Part shown: piece after piece, positions 29,081-39,498 of the stretch
How the letters are laid out: each line of letters begins with the position of its first letter
Numbering within the stretch: the stretch's first letter is position 1
IMG/VR virus record: IMGVR_UViG_3300027974_000020
Location: 96,001-160,000 of that record
DNA: 64,000 bases
Reading direction: 5' to 3' (one strand)
Origin: a virus
The notes under the pieces: model-generated
Databases searched by the model: none
Told to the model about the DNA's origin: nothing
The model's input: only the letters and a program-made list of their open reading frames with translations
Position numbers and translations under genes: made by a program

Positions 29081-29302
29081 ATGCCTCGGCAACATCAATC
29101 AAAAGCAATCAAACGGGTCTTTTCAGAACTGACAAGACTCGGCTTTGTAGTAGAGCAAAAAAGATCAGGGTCGTATAGGATTGTACCCCCTTCAACAATC
29201 CAAGGACCCGTATACACAACTCACGGTACAGAGTCGGCATTGCACCCAATGCGCCGTGACTTTAAAAAATATTATAATATAAACTTAAACTCTATCTCCT
29301 AG
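29081..29302 (+). CDS. HicA-like (dsRBD-fold) small protein
   Basis: ELTRLGFVVEQKRSGSYRI...VYTTHGT; AGGAG RBS. Confidence 0.5.
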   Translation: MPRQHQSKAIKRVFSELTRLGFVVEQKRSGSYRIVPPSTIQGPVYTTHGTESALHPMRRDFKKYYNINLNSIS

Positions 29303-29606
29303 AGATGCGGTTTACTCCTTGTAGGGTGTAGGGTAATATCAGAGCAATCTGAGTTACCTTACACCTTAATAATAAGATTTAACTATAAGAATAAGAATAA
29401 GAATTAACTTAAAATAAGAATAAATTGTTATCAATATAAAGAATTGGACCCCTCTCAGGGGTGGACCCATTTATAACATATATAAAGTATACAAAGTGTA
29501 CATATATGTTCCCCCACATGTCCCCATTTATCCCCATTCTTCTATCGTTATGCACATAACTCAAAACAATGCTTAATTACTCCTAGAAAGAATATGAGGA
29601 TTACTC

Positions 29607-30053
29607 ATGAATAACCCTAAGATTGTAGTAGAACAGTTCCTATCAGATCTAATCAATGATGTTTACCCTACCCTTAACAAAGATATGTCTTATCTCTATG
29701 GAATAGAGAATAAGCAATGTTATGTTTCGGGGGCGGCTCAACTGTTAACTACAAAAAAAGACATATACCAAATACTAGAAGATGATGCGACAGAAGCTTA
29801 TACAGCTATGTATGATATTCTCGCATTCTTCATTTGGGGATGGGCTGCACCCCTCCAATCAGATGAAGACCTCAACGTTCCACCTAGTCAACATCCAGAC
29901 AAAGTAAGAATATTCTTATCTATGTTCTCCTATAGTGATGGAACTATAATGTCAGCGTTAAAACATTGTGAAGATCCAAATATGCAGTTGCAATTCCAAT
30001 ATGGAGAAACGCAAGGTCCATTATATGAAACCCTATCTCAACTATATAACTAA
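29607..30053 (+). CDS. Hypothetical protein
   Basis: GWAAP...PPSQHPDK.R motif; RBS. Confidence 0.75.
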   Translation: MNNPKIVVEQFLSDLINDVYPTLNKDMSYLYGIENKQCYVSGAAQLLTTKKDIYQILEDDATEAYTAMYDILAFFIWGWAAPLQSDEDLNVPPSQHPDKVRIFLSMFSYSDGTIMSALKHCEDPNMQLQFQYGETQGPLYETLSQLYN

Positions 30054-30096
30054 TCTCTAAAACGTCAAAAAATTACAAAAAATTTTGCGGCGGATC

Positions 30097-30169
<73 letters not shown>

Positions 30170-30388
30170 CGAGGCATGGTAATCTAAAGCAATGGCTTAT
30201 TACCAAGCCACCAGCAGTGTAATCCCCGGGCATGAATTGCCCTCGTGTGACAGTAACCAATCAAAGATTGAGTCTCTACCTCCAGTTAAGAATCTCTTTG
30301 TGTCCACCCAAATTACCCCATAATTGGGTGCCGGGGTTTACACCCCTTTTTTTAGAAAGGCAATATCTAGTATATTAGAAGGAATGAA

Positions 30389-30868
30389 ATGACTATCTTA
30401 GAACAAGAAAGTAAACTTAAGTCGTTAGGCACAAGAGTGCCTTTGACGGATGATCCTAAAATTAGGGGCATCTTAGCAGTCCATTACAGCCTTTGGCAGG
30501 GCCGCGAATCTATTGAGCATAATGGCAAACAACTGACGGTTTACCAGCCGGCACATAAAGGATATTCATCCGTAGTTATCCCTTCAGAATCGGGTTATAA
30601 TTTTCTGTGGATTACACAGAATATGGAACCCTCTAAAGATAGCTACGGTTCAATGGCTATCCGTAGATCTCAACAGCTTGGGGACAACAAAATGATCACC
30701 TGGATTGTAGACAATACTGGTGGTAAATTTGTTTATGTAGGTAGCATACATACTACCCATTACTTCAACGGAGACCAAGATGTTATAATCGAAAGATACG
30801 TAGAAGGACAGACTGAAGTAGTCTACACAAACATGCCGTTCTATTATCAAGCTAAATCCAAATATTAA
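30389..30868 (+). CDS. Hypothetical protein
   Basis: 159-aa ORF with RBS. Confidence 0.75.
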   Translation: MTILEQESKLKSLGTRVPLTDDPKIRGILAVHYSLWQGRESIEHNGKQLTVYQPAHKGYSSVVIPSESGYNFLWITQNMEPSKDSYGSMAIRRSQQLGDNKMITWIVDNTGGKFVYVGSIHTTHYFNGDQDVIIERYVEGQTEVVYTNMPFYYQAKSKY

Positions 30869-31040
30869 AATTGTTATACCCCTAAATTTATATAGGTTTG
30901 CATGCCAACCCTATATAATAATATATGAGTTGTAACAATAAAAAAAACATTATCAACAAACTTGCTTAATTTTCATTTTTATACTATAATATTTATATAC
31001 CCTTATACACCTAAATAACCCACAGAAAACGGAGATTGAA

Positions 31041-31256
31041 ATGGCTAAGCCATCAAAAACCCCACTTATTAATCAATTCATTAATTCCAATACAGACAAA
31101 ATTTATTCCACAAAAGAAATGTGTGTACAAATTGGCGTTAGCCTTCCAACACTTCTTAGTTATATTAAGAGCAACACAGAGCGTTTTGAACTTGTTCAAT
31201 ACGGTGTTTACAAGATCGTTAAGAGTGGTCAACAACCTATTGCAGTTGAGATTTAA
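31041..31256 (+). CDS. Small helix-turn-helix protein
   Basis: STKEMCVQIGVSLPTLLSYI. Confidence 0.65.
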   Translation: MAKPSKTPLINQFINSNTDKIYSTKEMCVQIGVSLPTLLSYIKSNTERFELVQYGVYKIVKSGQQPIAVEI

Positions 31257-31430
31257 TAGTTAGTTTATTTAAAAATAAAGTTACTATTATTGCATCATCT
31301 ATAAACATAGACGGTGCGCAGTCAAGTCTGCTTTAAAACAAGATCTTTTAAGTTAAAAGATTAAGTAGACCCAACCAAGGAGTATTGGTATAAATACTTA
31401 CAATAACAAGAAATGTGATATAATAAATAC

Positions 31431-31610
31431 AATGCCCGTAACATGCGGGCAGGGAAATAATCCCTAACGTAACAGAGTAATACTGTGAAGTCGGAGATGG
31501 CTAACCTGCCAACTGTGACGGGCATTTCGTATCTGTCCGCACATCTTCGGTTTCGCAACCTGCGCCGTACTAATGGTGTTTCGCAACACCAGACAAAGAC
31601 GAAAAGGAGC
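31431..31610 (+). promoter_or_regulatory. Structured 5' leader of transglycosylase gene
   Basis: AATGCCCGT/ACGGGCATT long stem competing with local TGCCCGTA/TGCGGGCA hairpin; two GTTTCGCAAC hairpins; TTCGT..TGTC/GACA..ACGAA stem adjoining the AAGGAG RBS. Confidence 0.55.
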
Positions 31611-31619
31611 GAACACGAA

Positions 31620-32210
31620 ATGCAAGTAAAATACAAAAAAGCAATGCTAGTATCTATTGTTGCAGGAATATTCCTGTCTTCTGGTATAGCCAATTCTAGT
31701 GCTACTAGGATTGAACAACCAGTACAGGAACCTCCCAGTACCGTCAAGGTACTAACTGCACCCGATAGATTAGACAAATATAATGCAATTGATTCAATTG
31801 TGTTTAAACATGGAGATATATCTTGGCTTCCATTATTAGCCAAAGAGGCTGGTTGGCCCCGTAAAACGTGGGACAAACTAGGCGATATTATTCTCCGTGA
31901 ATCAGGTGGATGCCCCAATCGAATTGGTGGTTCCATAGTTGACAAAAATTGTAATGTAGTTGGGCACTCAGGTGCTGCAAATAAATCCGATTCAGGATTG
32001 CTACAAATCAATGGAGTCAATTGGGATCCCAAAAGAGATGGCAGACAACTACTTTGTGCAGATTATAGAATCTGTACTCAAGAACAACTCCTGGATCCGG
32101 TTACCAACTTAGTTGCAGGCTATGTCCTGTATCAAAAATCTGGTTGGGATCCATGGGACCCATGTGCATGGGGGCCTAGTTTTGCCCATAGGTGTAAAAC
32201 TGGCAAATAA
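31620..32210 (+). CDS. Secreted lytic transglycosylase (SLT/lysozyme-like)
   Basis: Signal peptide; IILRESGG (catalytic Glu), DSGLLQIN, LLDPVTNL, GWDPW; start refined to ATG 31620. Confidence 0.85.
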   Translation: MQVKYKKAMLVSIVAGIFLSSGIANSSATRIEQPVQEPPSTVKVLTAPDRLDKYNAIDSIVFKHGDISWLPLLAKEAGWPRKTWDKLGDIILRESGGCPNRIGGSIVDKNCNVVGHSGAANKSDSGLLQINGVNWDPKRDGRQLLCADYRICTQEQLLDPVTNLVAGYVLYQKSGWDPWDPCAWGPSFAHRCKTGK

Positions 32211-32308
32211 TTACAAATAAATATTATGAATAAAAGGGGGGGCCTTGTGCCCCTCCTTTTTGTTAATTCAAAACAAAGCATCCCATCGAACTAAAGAAAG
32301 GCTAGTTC

Positions 32309-32731
32309 ATGCTACTAACTATGATGTTAATCTTAGCTATCACTTCAACTCTAGTAGAGTTGTTGATTGCTTCTAAAGTTAAATGGTGGAGACAGAAGTC
32401 TCACGACAGCAAACTGTTCAACATGTTGAACTCGCTATTCCTATCATTCTTGATAGGTTTAGCATTCAGTGCCTCTGGCTTAATTGCCATGGGTGCTGGC
32501 GTAATATCAACCGTGTTGTCCGTTCCCGGCTATCAATTCCTGTATTGGAATTATGATGGCCCAATGGCACAAAAACATGGTGGTAATATGATGTTACATT
32601 TGAAATCTAAATGGTTTCAAACAATTAAGGATTTCTTTACACTTGTGTATAAAATCCTGAGAATAATCACATTCCCAATTTGGGGAACTAGATGGGCAGT
32701 AACTAAACTAAAGACAATCAAAACTAAATAA
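32309..32731 (+). CDS. Membrane protein
   Basis: Several hydrophobic segments; GAAAGG RBS. Confidence 0.7.
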   Translation: MLLTMMLILAITSTLVELLIASKVKWWRQKSHDSKLFNMLNSLFLSFLIGLAFSASGLIAMGAGVISTVLSVPGYQFLYWNYDGPMAQKHGGNMMLHLKSKWFQTIKDFFTLVYKILRIITFPIWGTRWAVTKLKTIKTK

Positions 32732-32759
32732 AAAAATCGAGTAGACCGTAGGAGGTAGC

Positions 32760-35321
32760 GTGTCACTAATCACATACAGACCAATTGTTCGGCTTCGCTC
32801 AGAAGCAAATGGGCCACTTCGCAGCATGAATGATTACCAGTTCGGATTTTACGATACTGGTTTTCTTCGTCAAGCTATGAAGTCTATCCCTAACGCAACA
32901 AATTATCGAATGGCTACTATGCCCATTCCACAGAATCCACACGAAGCTCGGATTGCTGAACAGATTATTAAGCACCCCGATGTATGCTATGCCGTAGTTG
33001 ATAAAAATAAGATTGCAATTGTTATCATAGAGAACAATCCAGGATGGTTGTCAATCTTTAAAGAAATGGGCTATGAAGTCTTTGCCGGCGATAAGACTGG
33101 CAAACGACTCAAGACCTTTCATCGTCCAGCATTGTTGAACGCTCACTTTGAAAAAGATGAGATTAAAGTTCACGTTGCTGATTCAACAGACTATTGCTCA
33201 TATGACTTTGAGAATGGAGAAGTTGCAAAACAATTTTGCGACCCATCCATTACTAAACGCCTTCTTGATGGCGGTTTTGTAATTTCTCGCAAGTTCGTTA
33301 AAAGAGCAATAGAAAATATTCCAATGTATCATCCAGAAGATACAACTGACAACAAAGAATATTATTATGATTGGCGTATTCGTAAGAAGCTTGTAAAGAA
33401 TCTTATGAAAGCTCCAATCCTTAATGTTCGCATTGTCTTTGAAGGAGGCTTCCTCAAGGGCAATGCAATCGTTGTTGACGAAGAACAAATGCCAGATGAT
33501 ATTGATATTATTACCAGTAGTGAAAATATTAAATCTGAAATAAAATATCACAATGGTTTTCAATTTCTGGCCGAACCTCAAGGTTCCCATGAACGAGTCA
33601 TCACTGACGATCAAACTGTAATCAATTTGGATAATCTTTTCATCACATCCGATATGGATTTCTGGTTAACAGAAGAATATGAGAAGATGTTCAATGATGC
33701 TATTAATTCTAAACTATTGACTAATTGGCAAGAAATTTACAAACGTCAGTTTCGTAATGTTGCATCAGCAGAAGATGAAGAAGCTAACTCTCGCATGTCC
33801 TATGTGGGATATCGTTGGGTGGCAAGCGGTATGAAAATTACCGATTCTCCATGGCTCTTTGAGACATTAGCAACAAGTCATGCAAAGCCATTTCAAAAGC
33901 GTATTCCAATTCCTTGCACAGTTTATGAGCAAGTAATTCCAGAATCTTTAGCTCGTGTGGCTGGCTATGACATTGATGTTGAGACAGAAACTATTCAGCG
34001 TATTAATGAACTTGGAGTTCATGTTGTCAATGATCTTGACTGGCTTGAGATGTATGAATCTCATGGCGGTCACGACGAGGACGACTACTTCAAATGCTTT
34101 TATCGCACAATGGTTGGTGGACAACAATTCGATGGCGAACGTGTCGTCATCATTTGTCGTTCTCCTAATGGCTATGGTGAGTATTCAATCTTTAGATATG
34201 TAGAAGGACAATGGTCTCCAACATGGCATAAAGCAGATGGTACTCCAATTCAGTTTCCTGAAGTTTCTGGACGTGGATGGCCAACTCGTTTGAGTGAAGC
34301 TATCTACCAGAATGAAGTTAAATATGACAAACTTCCATCTGAGTATCAAAATAAAGTAAAACCAAATGGTCATTATACTCCAGACGACGTTATCCACGAC
34401 ATGCGTGTAGCTATGGGTGGTGGTAATGTCGGTGGATATGTAAACGCCGTTATGGCTCATTCCCTTGTTTTACACACTCATCGTCCAAACCAACTCTGCT
34501 CCATGGAGAAAGCAATCGACAAATGTATCAATCCAGATTATATCGAAGATGCTCTTGCTATCGATGCCGAAGCTAGAGCTATCGTTAGAGAAATCATTGA
34601 TTCTAAACAACCAATCGATTCTGAATTCTGGAGCCGCAGAGGCTTTTCACGTTATCTAAAAGATGGTGAAACAGTAGATCTTTTCGAAGGAAAGATGAGT
34701 CACATGAACACATTGTGTTCAGAAAAATATCGTGACTACTGTTCTCGAATTCGTGAATGGTCACAAGCAAATGCTGGCCCACCACAGATAGTTCATGATC
34801 TTGGTAAGCGTTTGTATTTTCACGCACTGCCTATTGTAAGAAACTTTAGAAGTACTATTTATACAGTAAATACTTCTGAAGCTACTCAAGCAACAGGTAC
34901 AATTGTTCGCAATTCTTGGGAAGAATTGTATTCTGATATTGTAAATATTGTTAATTCTTTTGATAGAGAAGAAGACAAGCATGATTTTATTATTGCTATG
35001 TATTCTGTATCTTTAAAAGTACCAACTTCTAGTGGTAAAATAACAGATCAAATTGTTATGAATCGATTTGTATATCCTTATCTAGAAGCAGCTTTACAAT
35101 TTTATGGCATTGCAAATACCGTTGTATTTTCTCCTACCGAAGATGGAGACGTTGATATATTCAACGTTGAAAACAAAGAATGGAGATATCCTAATCCAAA
35201 TGGAGATATTGTAGTTTACAATGATCCAATTGAATTTCAAAATGCTCATCGAATAGATAGCACAGTTGTTTTTACAACTCAAGAACCACCAGTCAGACAA
35301 TCTAATATATCCAAATATTAA
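32760..35321 (+). CDS. Putative single-subunit two-barrel RNA polymerase (cellular RdRP/YonO-like), paralogue B
   Basis: DKTGKRL, LDGGFVIS, NVRI..GFLKGNA, DIITSSENIK, RIPIP, GGHDEDD (Asp residues 34074-34085), CRSPN, NVGGYVN, AIDKC; collinear with paralogue A. Confidence 0.7.
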   Translation: MSLITYRPIVRLRSEANGPLRSMNDYQFGFYDTGFLRQAMKSIPNATNYRMATMPIPQNPHEARIAEQIIKHPDVCYAVVDKNKIAIVIIENNPGWLSIFKEMGYEVFAGDKTGKRLKTFHRPALLNAHFEKDEIKVHVADSTDYCSYDFENGEVAKQFCDPSITKRLLDGGFVISRKFVKRAIENIPMYHPEDTTDNKEYYYDWRIRKKLVKNLMKAPILNVRIVFEGGFLKGNAIVVDEEQMPDDIDIITSSENIKSEIKYHNGFQFLAEPQGSHERVITDDQTVINLDNLFITSDMDFWLTEEYEKMFNDAINSKLLTNWQEIYKRQFRNVASAEDEEANSRMSYVGYRWVASGMKITDSPWLFETLATSHAKPFQKRIPIPCTVYEQVIPESLARVAGYDIDVETETIQRINELGVHVVNDLDWLEMYESHGGHDEDDYFKCFYRTMVGGQQFDGERVVIICRSPNGYGEYSIFRYVEGQWSPTWHKADGTPIQFPEVSGRGWPTRLSEAIYQNEVKYDKLPSEYQNKVKPNGHYTPDDVIHDMRVAMGGGNVGGYVNAVMAHSLVLHTHRPNQLCSMEKAIDKCINPDYIEDALAIDAEARAIVREIIDSKQPIDSEFWSRRGFSRYLKDGETVDLFEGKMSHMNTLCSEKYRDYCSRIREWSQANAGPPQIVHDLGKRLYFHALPIVRNFRSTIYTVNTSEATQATGTIVRNSWEELYSDIVNIVNSFDREEDKHDFIIAMYSVSLKVPTSSGKITDQIVMNRFVYPYLEAALQFYGIANTVVFSPTEDGDVDIFNVENKEWRYPNPNGDIVVYNDPIEFQNAHRIDSTVVFTTQEPPVRQSNISKY

Positions 35322-35376
35322 TAACTAACAGTGTGAGTATATTCTGCTCACACTGTTAGTATAAATAAAGAAAGGA

Positions 35377-35763
35377 GTGCTCGTGAGCACTACTACATCA
35401 TATACCAATACACATCCAATTGATGAAATGTTTAATAATATTCGTAATATCATTTCATCTCAACCTATTAGGTCAGATTATATTCCATATGTTGAAGAAA
35501 GAAATTCTGTTTCTTACAAACTTGGAAAATATAGCCGCAAAACTGTATCTTACTTTAAGAGATCAGAGACAAAAGCCTCTATGTTAATTGCAACATGGGC
35601 TGTAGAGAGTTTAGCATACGCTCTTACATTCCTAGTTCTAGTAACTTCTGGAGCTTTTATCACTGCAGCTCTTTGGACAGCTCTTTATGGGTATATTTCA
35701 TATGCATTCTTTGCTATGTTGCGCGACGCAGCTGTAGCAAATGTAATTTTTACAAAGAAATAA
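35377..35763 (+). CDS. Membrane protein
   Basis: Two C-terminal TM segments. Confidence 0.7.
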   Translation: MLVSTTTSYTNTHPIDEMFNNIRNIISSQPIRSDYIPYVEERNSVSYKLGKYSRKTVSYFKRSETKASMLIATWAVESLAYALTFLVLVTSGAFITAALWTALYGYISYAFFAMLRDAAVANVIFTKK

Positions 35764-35773
35764 TTACACAACA

Positions 35774-36376
35774 ATGAACTATTCTCAAATTAAATCCTAT
35801 GTTTCTGATCCAGAACAAGAGATATTGTCAATAAAATCTTCTTTTGAAGAACACGTATCTTTAGCTGGAAAAGAAACTTATCGCCCAAGAGTTATGTTCT
35901 ATAACTTTTTTGGCGAAAAACTTTTTGGCATAGTCTCTAGGCCATACGTTGATCAAACTGATTATATTAGTTCTATCGCAGAAATGATGTATTCTTATAC
36001 TGCTTTAACTGCATCTTCTGCTGTTATAGTTTTAGAAAGTAACATCACTAAAAATGGAAACCTAATTGGCAGTTGTCTAAATGCTTATTTGGTATCATCA
36101 GATACTGCTCACGCAGTAACCATTCCTTATGATCATGCCCCAGATAATAAAGTTATTTGGAAATCTTCTGAAGAAATTATTAAAGAAGTAGATATGAATA
36201 CAAATTCAGGCATGCCTTTGGAAATGCTAGAATTATCATATGCTTTTTCGCATATTGATGATGCTCCATTTTCAATGCCAGAATTGTTATCGTATTATAC
36301 TTCTATGGGGTTTATATTTAAATCCTTTAAGAAACTTAATTATACATACATAGATTATGCAGAAAATAATACATAG
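35774..36376 (+). CDS. Hypothetical protein
   Basis: 200-aa ORF in operon. Confidence 0.75.
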   Translation: MNYSQIKSYVSDPEQEILSIKSSFEEHVSLAGKETYRPRVMFYNFFGEKLFGIVSRPYVDQTDYISSIAEMMYSYTALTASSAVIVLESNITKNGNLIGSCLNAYLVSSDTAHAVTIPYDHAPDNKVIWKSSEEIIKEVDMNTNSGMPLEMLELSYAFSHIDDAPFSMPELLSYYTSMGFIFKSFKKLNYTYIDYAENNT

Positions 36377-36548
36377 ATTATGTCTTACTCAAACTCCCCA
36401 GAAAAAAAGCAAAAGCTTTATTGCTCAATTAAAGATAAAACTGTTATAGTGTACACTAAAACAGAACCACTTACCGATGAACAATTAGAAGACATGATGG
36501 TAGATTCTTTACCACATGGATATACGGAACCTTTTATCTAAGGAAAAC

Positions 36549-38240
36549 ATGACTATAACATTACGACCATACCAAACAGAAGCACTGCAGTCTATTGTAG
36601 ATTATCTTGAAAAAGGAATAAATAAACAACTAGTAGTGCTACCAACTGGTTCTGGTAAAACTGTAATATTTAGTCATATCCCTCAGATCATACCTAATAG
36701 TTTACCAATGTTAGTATTAGCTCACCGTGGTGAGCTATTAATCCAAGCAAAAGATAAGATATTAATATCTAATCCTCGTCTTGATGTACAAACAGAAAAA
36801 GCAGAAGATACCGCAGAGCTTAATGGCGATGTCGTTGTAGCTTCTGTCCCCACTTTGGGAAGAGCAGATTCTAAAAGATTATCTAAATTCCCTAAAGATT
36901 ATTTTAAAACTATAATTGTTGATGAAGCACATCACGCTTCTGCTGAATCATATAGAAGAATTCTAGATTATTTTAAACCAAACTTGTTGCTTGGTGTAAC
37001 TGCTACTCCTCAAAGATCCGATTCTGTTCGTCTTACAGATGTCTTTGATGAAATTGTATATTATAAAAATATAATTGATCTTATTCAAGAAGGTTATCTT
37101 TGTAGACTAGTAGGATACAGAGTTAAAACAGACACCGATATATCAGAAGTGGAGACTTCACATGGCGACTACATGGCTTCCCAATTGGAAGATACGATTA
37201 ACACTCCTAGGCGCAATGCTACTGTTGTTAAGTCTTATCTTGAGTTTGCTCCGAACAAAAAAGCAATCGTATTCGCATCCGGAGTTGCTCACGCCAAAGA
37301 CTTGGCCACATCCTTTGCGCAAAAGCAGATACCTGTACGAGTAGTACTAGGTGAAACATCAGATGAAGAAAGAAAAGAAATCTTTTCTAAATTCTCATCT
37401 GGTGAAATTAAAGTAATTGTTAACGTAGGTGTGCTCACTGAAGGATTCGATGAACCCTCTGTCGAATCAATCATATTGGCTAGACCTACTAGATCTTCAC
37501 TTCTTTATACTCAAATAGTAGGACGTGGTACACGTTTATTTGAAGGTAAAGAAAACTGCATTATCATAGATATTGCGGACATGACCAAAGGTAAAAAGCC
37601 TCTAGGTTTGCCAACCTTATTGGGCATGCCTGCAGATTTTGATTTGCAGGGTAGTGATCTAGTAGACATCTCTGAAAAATATAAAGAGCTTGAAGCTTAT
37701 TGTCCGGGAGAAGCAGTACGTGTACTTTCTCCTGATGACATAGACTTAGCTTATAAGCGTATTGATCTCTTCATGCCTCCTCCACCAAATGAATTCATTA
37801 TGCAATATTCCAGCTTTGTCTGGGCTGAAATTGCAGAAGGTGAATATCACCTTGGATTAAATAATAATGAATCATTAAAGATTTTTGCTGATACTTTAGG
37901 TAGAATAGTTGTATCTCATACACAAAAAACTACTGCTGGTAATCCTCCAAACATAACTATTCTAGGTTATCCAGATGATATTCGAGAAGCATTTGCGCGA
38001 AGCGATAGATGGGTGATGAACAATCGTCCAGTCTCAGTAAATCTTATTAACAATACTGCTGCTTGGAGAACTGATTATCCAACTGATAAACAAGTTAAAC
38101 TACTCAAGCGCATTGGTGTACCAGTTACGTCAGACATGACCAAAGGAACAGCAAGCAATATTATTTCTAAATATTACGAAGCTAATCCTAAACCAAAATG
38201 GCTTGAAAACAAAATAACTTATAACAAAAAATGGAATTGA
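36549..38240 (+). CDS. Superfamily II DEAH helicase (Irc3/RadD-like)
   Basis: LRPYQ, PTGSGKT, DEAHH, TATPQR, TEGFD, QIVGRGTR. Confidence 0.93.
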   Translation: MTITLRPYQTEALQSIVDYLEKGINKQLVVLPTGSGKTVIFSHIPQIIPNSLPMLVLAHRGELLIQAKDKILISNPRLDVQTEKAEDTAELNGDVVVASVPTLGRADSKRLSKFPKDYFKTIIVDEAHHASAESYRRILDYFKPNLLLGVTATPQRSDSVRLTDVFDEIVYYKNIIDLIQEGYLCRLVGYRVKTDTDISEVETSHGDYMASQLEDTINTPRRNATVVKSYLEFAPNKKAIVFASGVAHAKDLATSFAQKQIPVRVVLGETSDEERKEIFSKFSSGEIKVIVNVGVLTEGFDEPSVESIILARPTRSSLLYTQIVGRGTRLFEGKENCIIIDIADMTKGKKPLGLPTLLGMPADFDLQGSDLVDISEKYKELEAYCPGEAVRVLSPDDIDLAYKRIDLFMPPPPNEFIMQYSSFVWAEIAEGEYHLGLNNNESLKIFADTLGRIVVSHTQKTTAGNPPNITILGYPDDIREAFARSDRWVMNNRPVSVNLINNTAAWRTDYPTDKQVKLLKRIGVPVTSDMTKGTASNIISKYYEANPKPKWLENKITYNKKWN

Positions 38241-38243
38241 TAA

Positions 38244-38705
38244 ATGACTAGAATATTAGCTAAACATCCAACAATTCAACCTGAGAATTATCAAAGAAGT
38301 AAAAATTCAAAAGATTTACGTGTTAAATCTTTGCTTCTTCCTTCTTCTGATTTAATGTATCCAGAATTAATTTTTGATTCTTCTTTAAATATAAAAGAAA
38401 AAGTATTTTATAATTTAGAGGATATTTACCTACTTCCATTACATCCTTATTATCATATCTATATTGATAAATCTGTACAGTATGATTTAAAAAATGTTAA
38501 TCCTGTAGCTACTTACATTTATCGTCAATCTATTCGTTCTTTTATCGGCAAAAACAGTATCGAAACAATACATGGAGATGTATTATTTTTCGGTTCTGTT
38601 AATGCAGATACAAAAGAGAATGATGATATCGACTATTCTGTTCCTTACGAAATCGTAGAACAGATAGCTAGATATTATGATTTTAATATTTTCCCATCTA
38701 GTTAA
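38244..38705 (+). CDS. Hypothetical protein
   Basis: ORF; NPVAT...IHGDVL motif. Confidence 0.7.
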   Translation: MTRILAKHPTIQPENYQRSKNSKDLRVKSLLLPSSDLMYPELIFDSSLNIKEKVFYNLEDIYLLPLHPYYHIYIDKSVQYDLKNVNPVATYIYRQSIRSFIGKNSIETIHGDVLFFGSVNADTKENDDIDYSVPYEIVEQIARYYDFNIFPSS

Positions 38706-38750
38706 AATAAAAAAATAGGGTTCGTCAGAATTCCTATAAAGGAGACATTC

Positions 38751-38975
38751 GTGTCACTAAGTATAATGATAAATCAAACATCAGAAGATATCAGCATGAT
38801 TTCTTCTATTAAAAGTTATCTGGTTCAACTCGATCATAATAGTTATGATGTATCTGAATTAGATCTAATACCTTTAGACAACACTATCAAGTGGTTAAAC
38901 AATATATTATTAGTTCTTGATGATCCAGAATTTGGTCAGGAAGAACTTTATAATCCACTTGAAATATCTGGTTAA
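38751..38975 (+). CDS. Hypothetical protein
   Basis: AAGGAG RBS. Confidence 0.6.
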   Translation: MSLSIMINQTSEDISMISSIKSYLVQLDHNSYDVSELDLIPLDNTIKWLNNILLVLDDPEFGQEELYNPLEISG

Positions 38976-38980
38976 CATTA

Positions 38981-39066
38981 GCCCAGGTGGCGGAATTGGT
39001 AGACGCAAGGGGCTTAAACCCCCTCGGCTAGAAATGGCCGTACGGGTTCAATTCCCGTCTTGGGCA
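38981..39066 (+). tRNA. tRNA-Leu(TAA)
   Basis: Cloverleaf with long variable arm; TAA anticodon loop. Confidence 0.95.
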
Positions 39067-39087
39067 CATTAGATAGAAAGTTGAGTT

Positions 39088-39417
39088 ATGCGGCATATCC
39101 CCAAAATCAAAAATGTATTATATAATGTTTCTTGGATGAATAAAGCCGCTTGCAAAGGTCTTACTCATATATTCTTTGGCAAATATGCAGAAAGACCACA
39201 ATCTACTGTAAGGAGAGAAGCCAGAGCTAAATCTATTTGTAGCCAGTGTTCTGTCTTTGATCAGTGCCGTCAATATGCTAGAGATAATATGGAACTTGGT
39301 TACTGGGCCGGCGAAAACGAATATGATAGATATTTAATTTCTCCTTCTGAAAAAGTTCCAAGCATACATGCTAGAGCTTTAAAAACTTATTCTAATAAAT
39401 TAAATAAAAACAATTAA
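39088..39417 (+). CDS. whiB: WhiB-family Fe-S transcription factor
   Basis: WMNKAAC...FF...AKSICSQCSVFDQC...GYWAG. Confidence 0.92.
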   Translation: MRHIPKIKNVLYNVSWMNKAACKGLTHIFFGKYAERPQSTVRREARAKSICSQCSVFDQCRQYARDNMELGYWAGENEYDRYLISPSEKVPSIHARALKTYSNKLNKNN

Positions 39418-39425
39418 AAAATTTA

Positions 39426-39498
39426 TGGCGAGTAGCTCAGTTGGCAGAGCAGCGGACTGTTAATCCGCTTGTCGTAGGTTCGAGCCCTACCTCGCCAG
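39426..39498 (+). tRNA. tRNA-Asn(GTT)
   Basis: Cloverleaf; GCGGA-CT-GTT-AA-TCCGC. Confidence 0.95.

Noticed and set aside
31449-31525. Cobalamin or c-di-AMP riboswitch call (AGGGAA, AACTGTGA, GCTAACC fragments)
   Set aside because: Only short fragments match; the conserved B12-box or ydaO stem architecture could not be reconstructed
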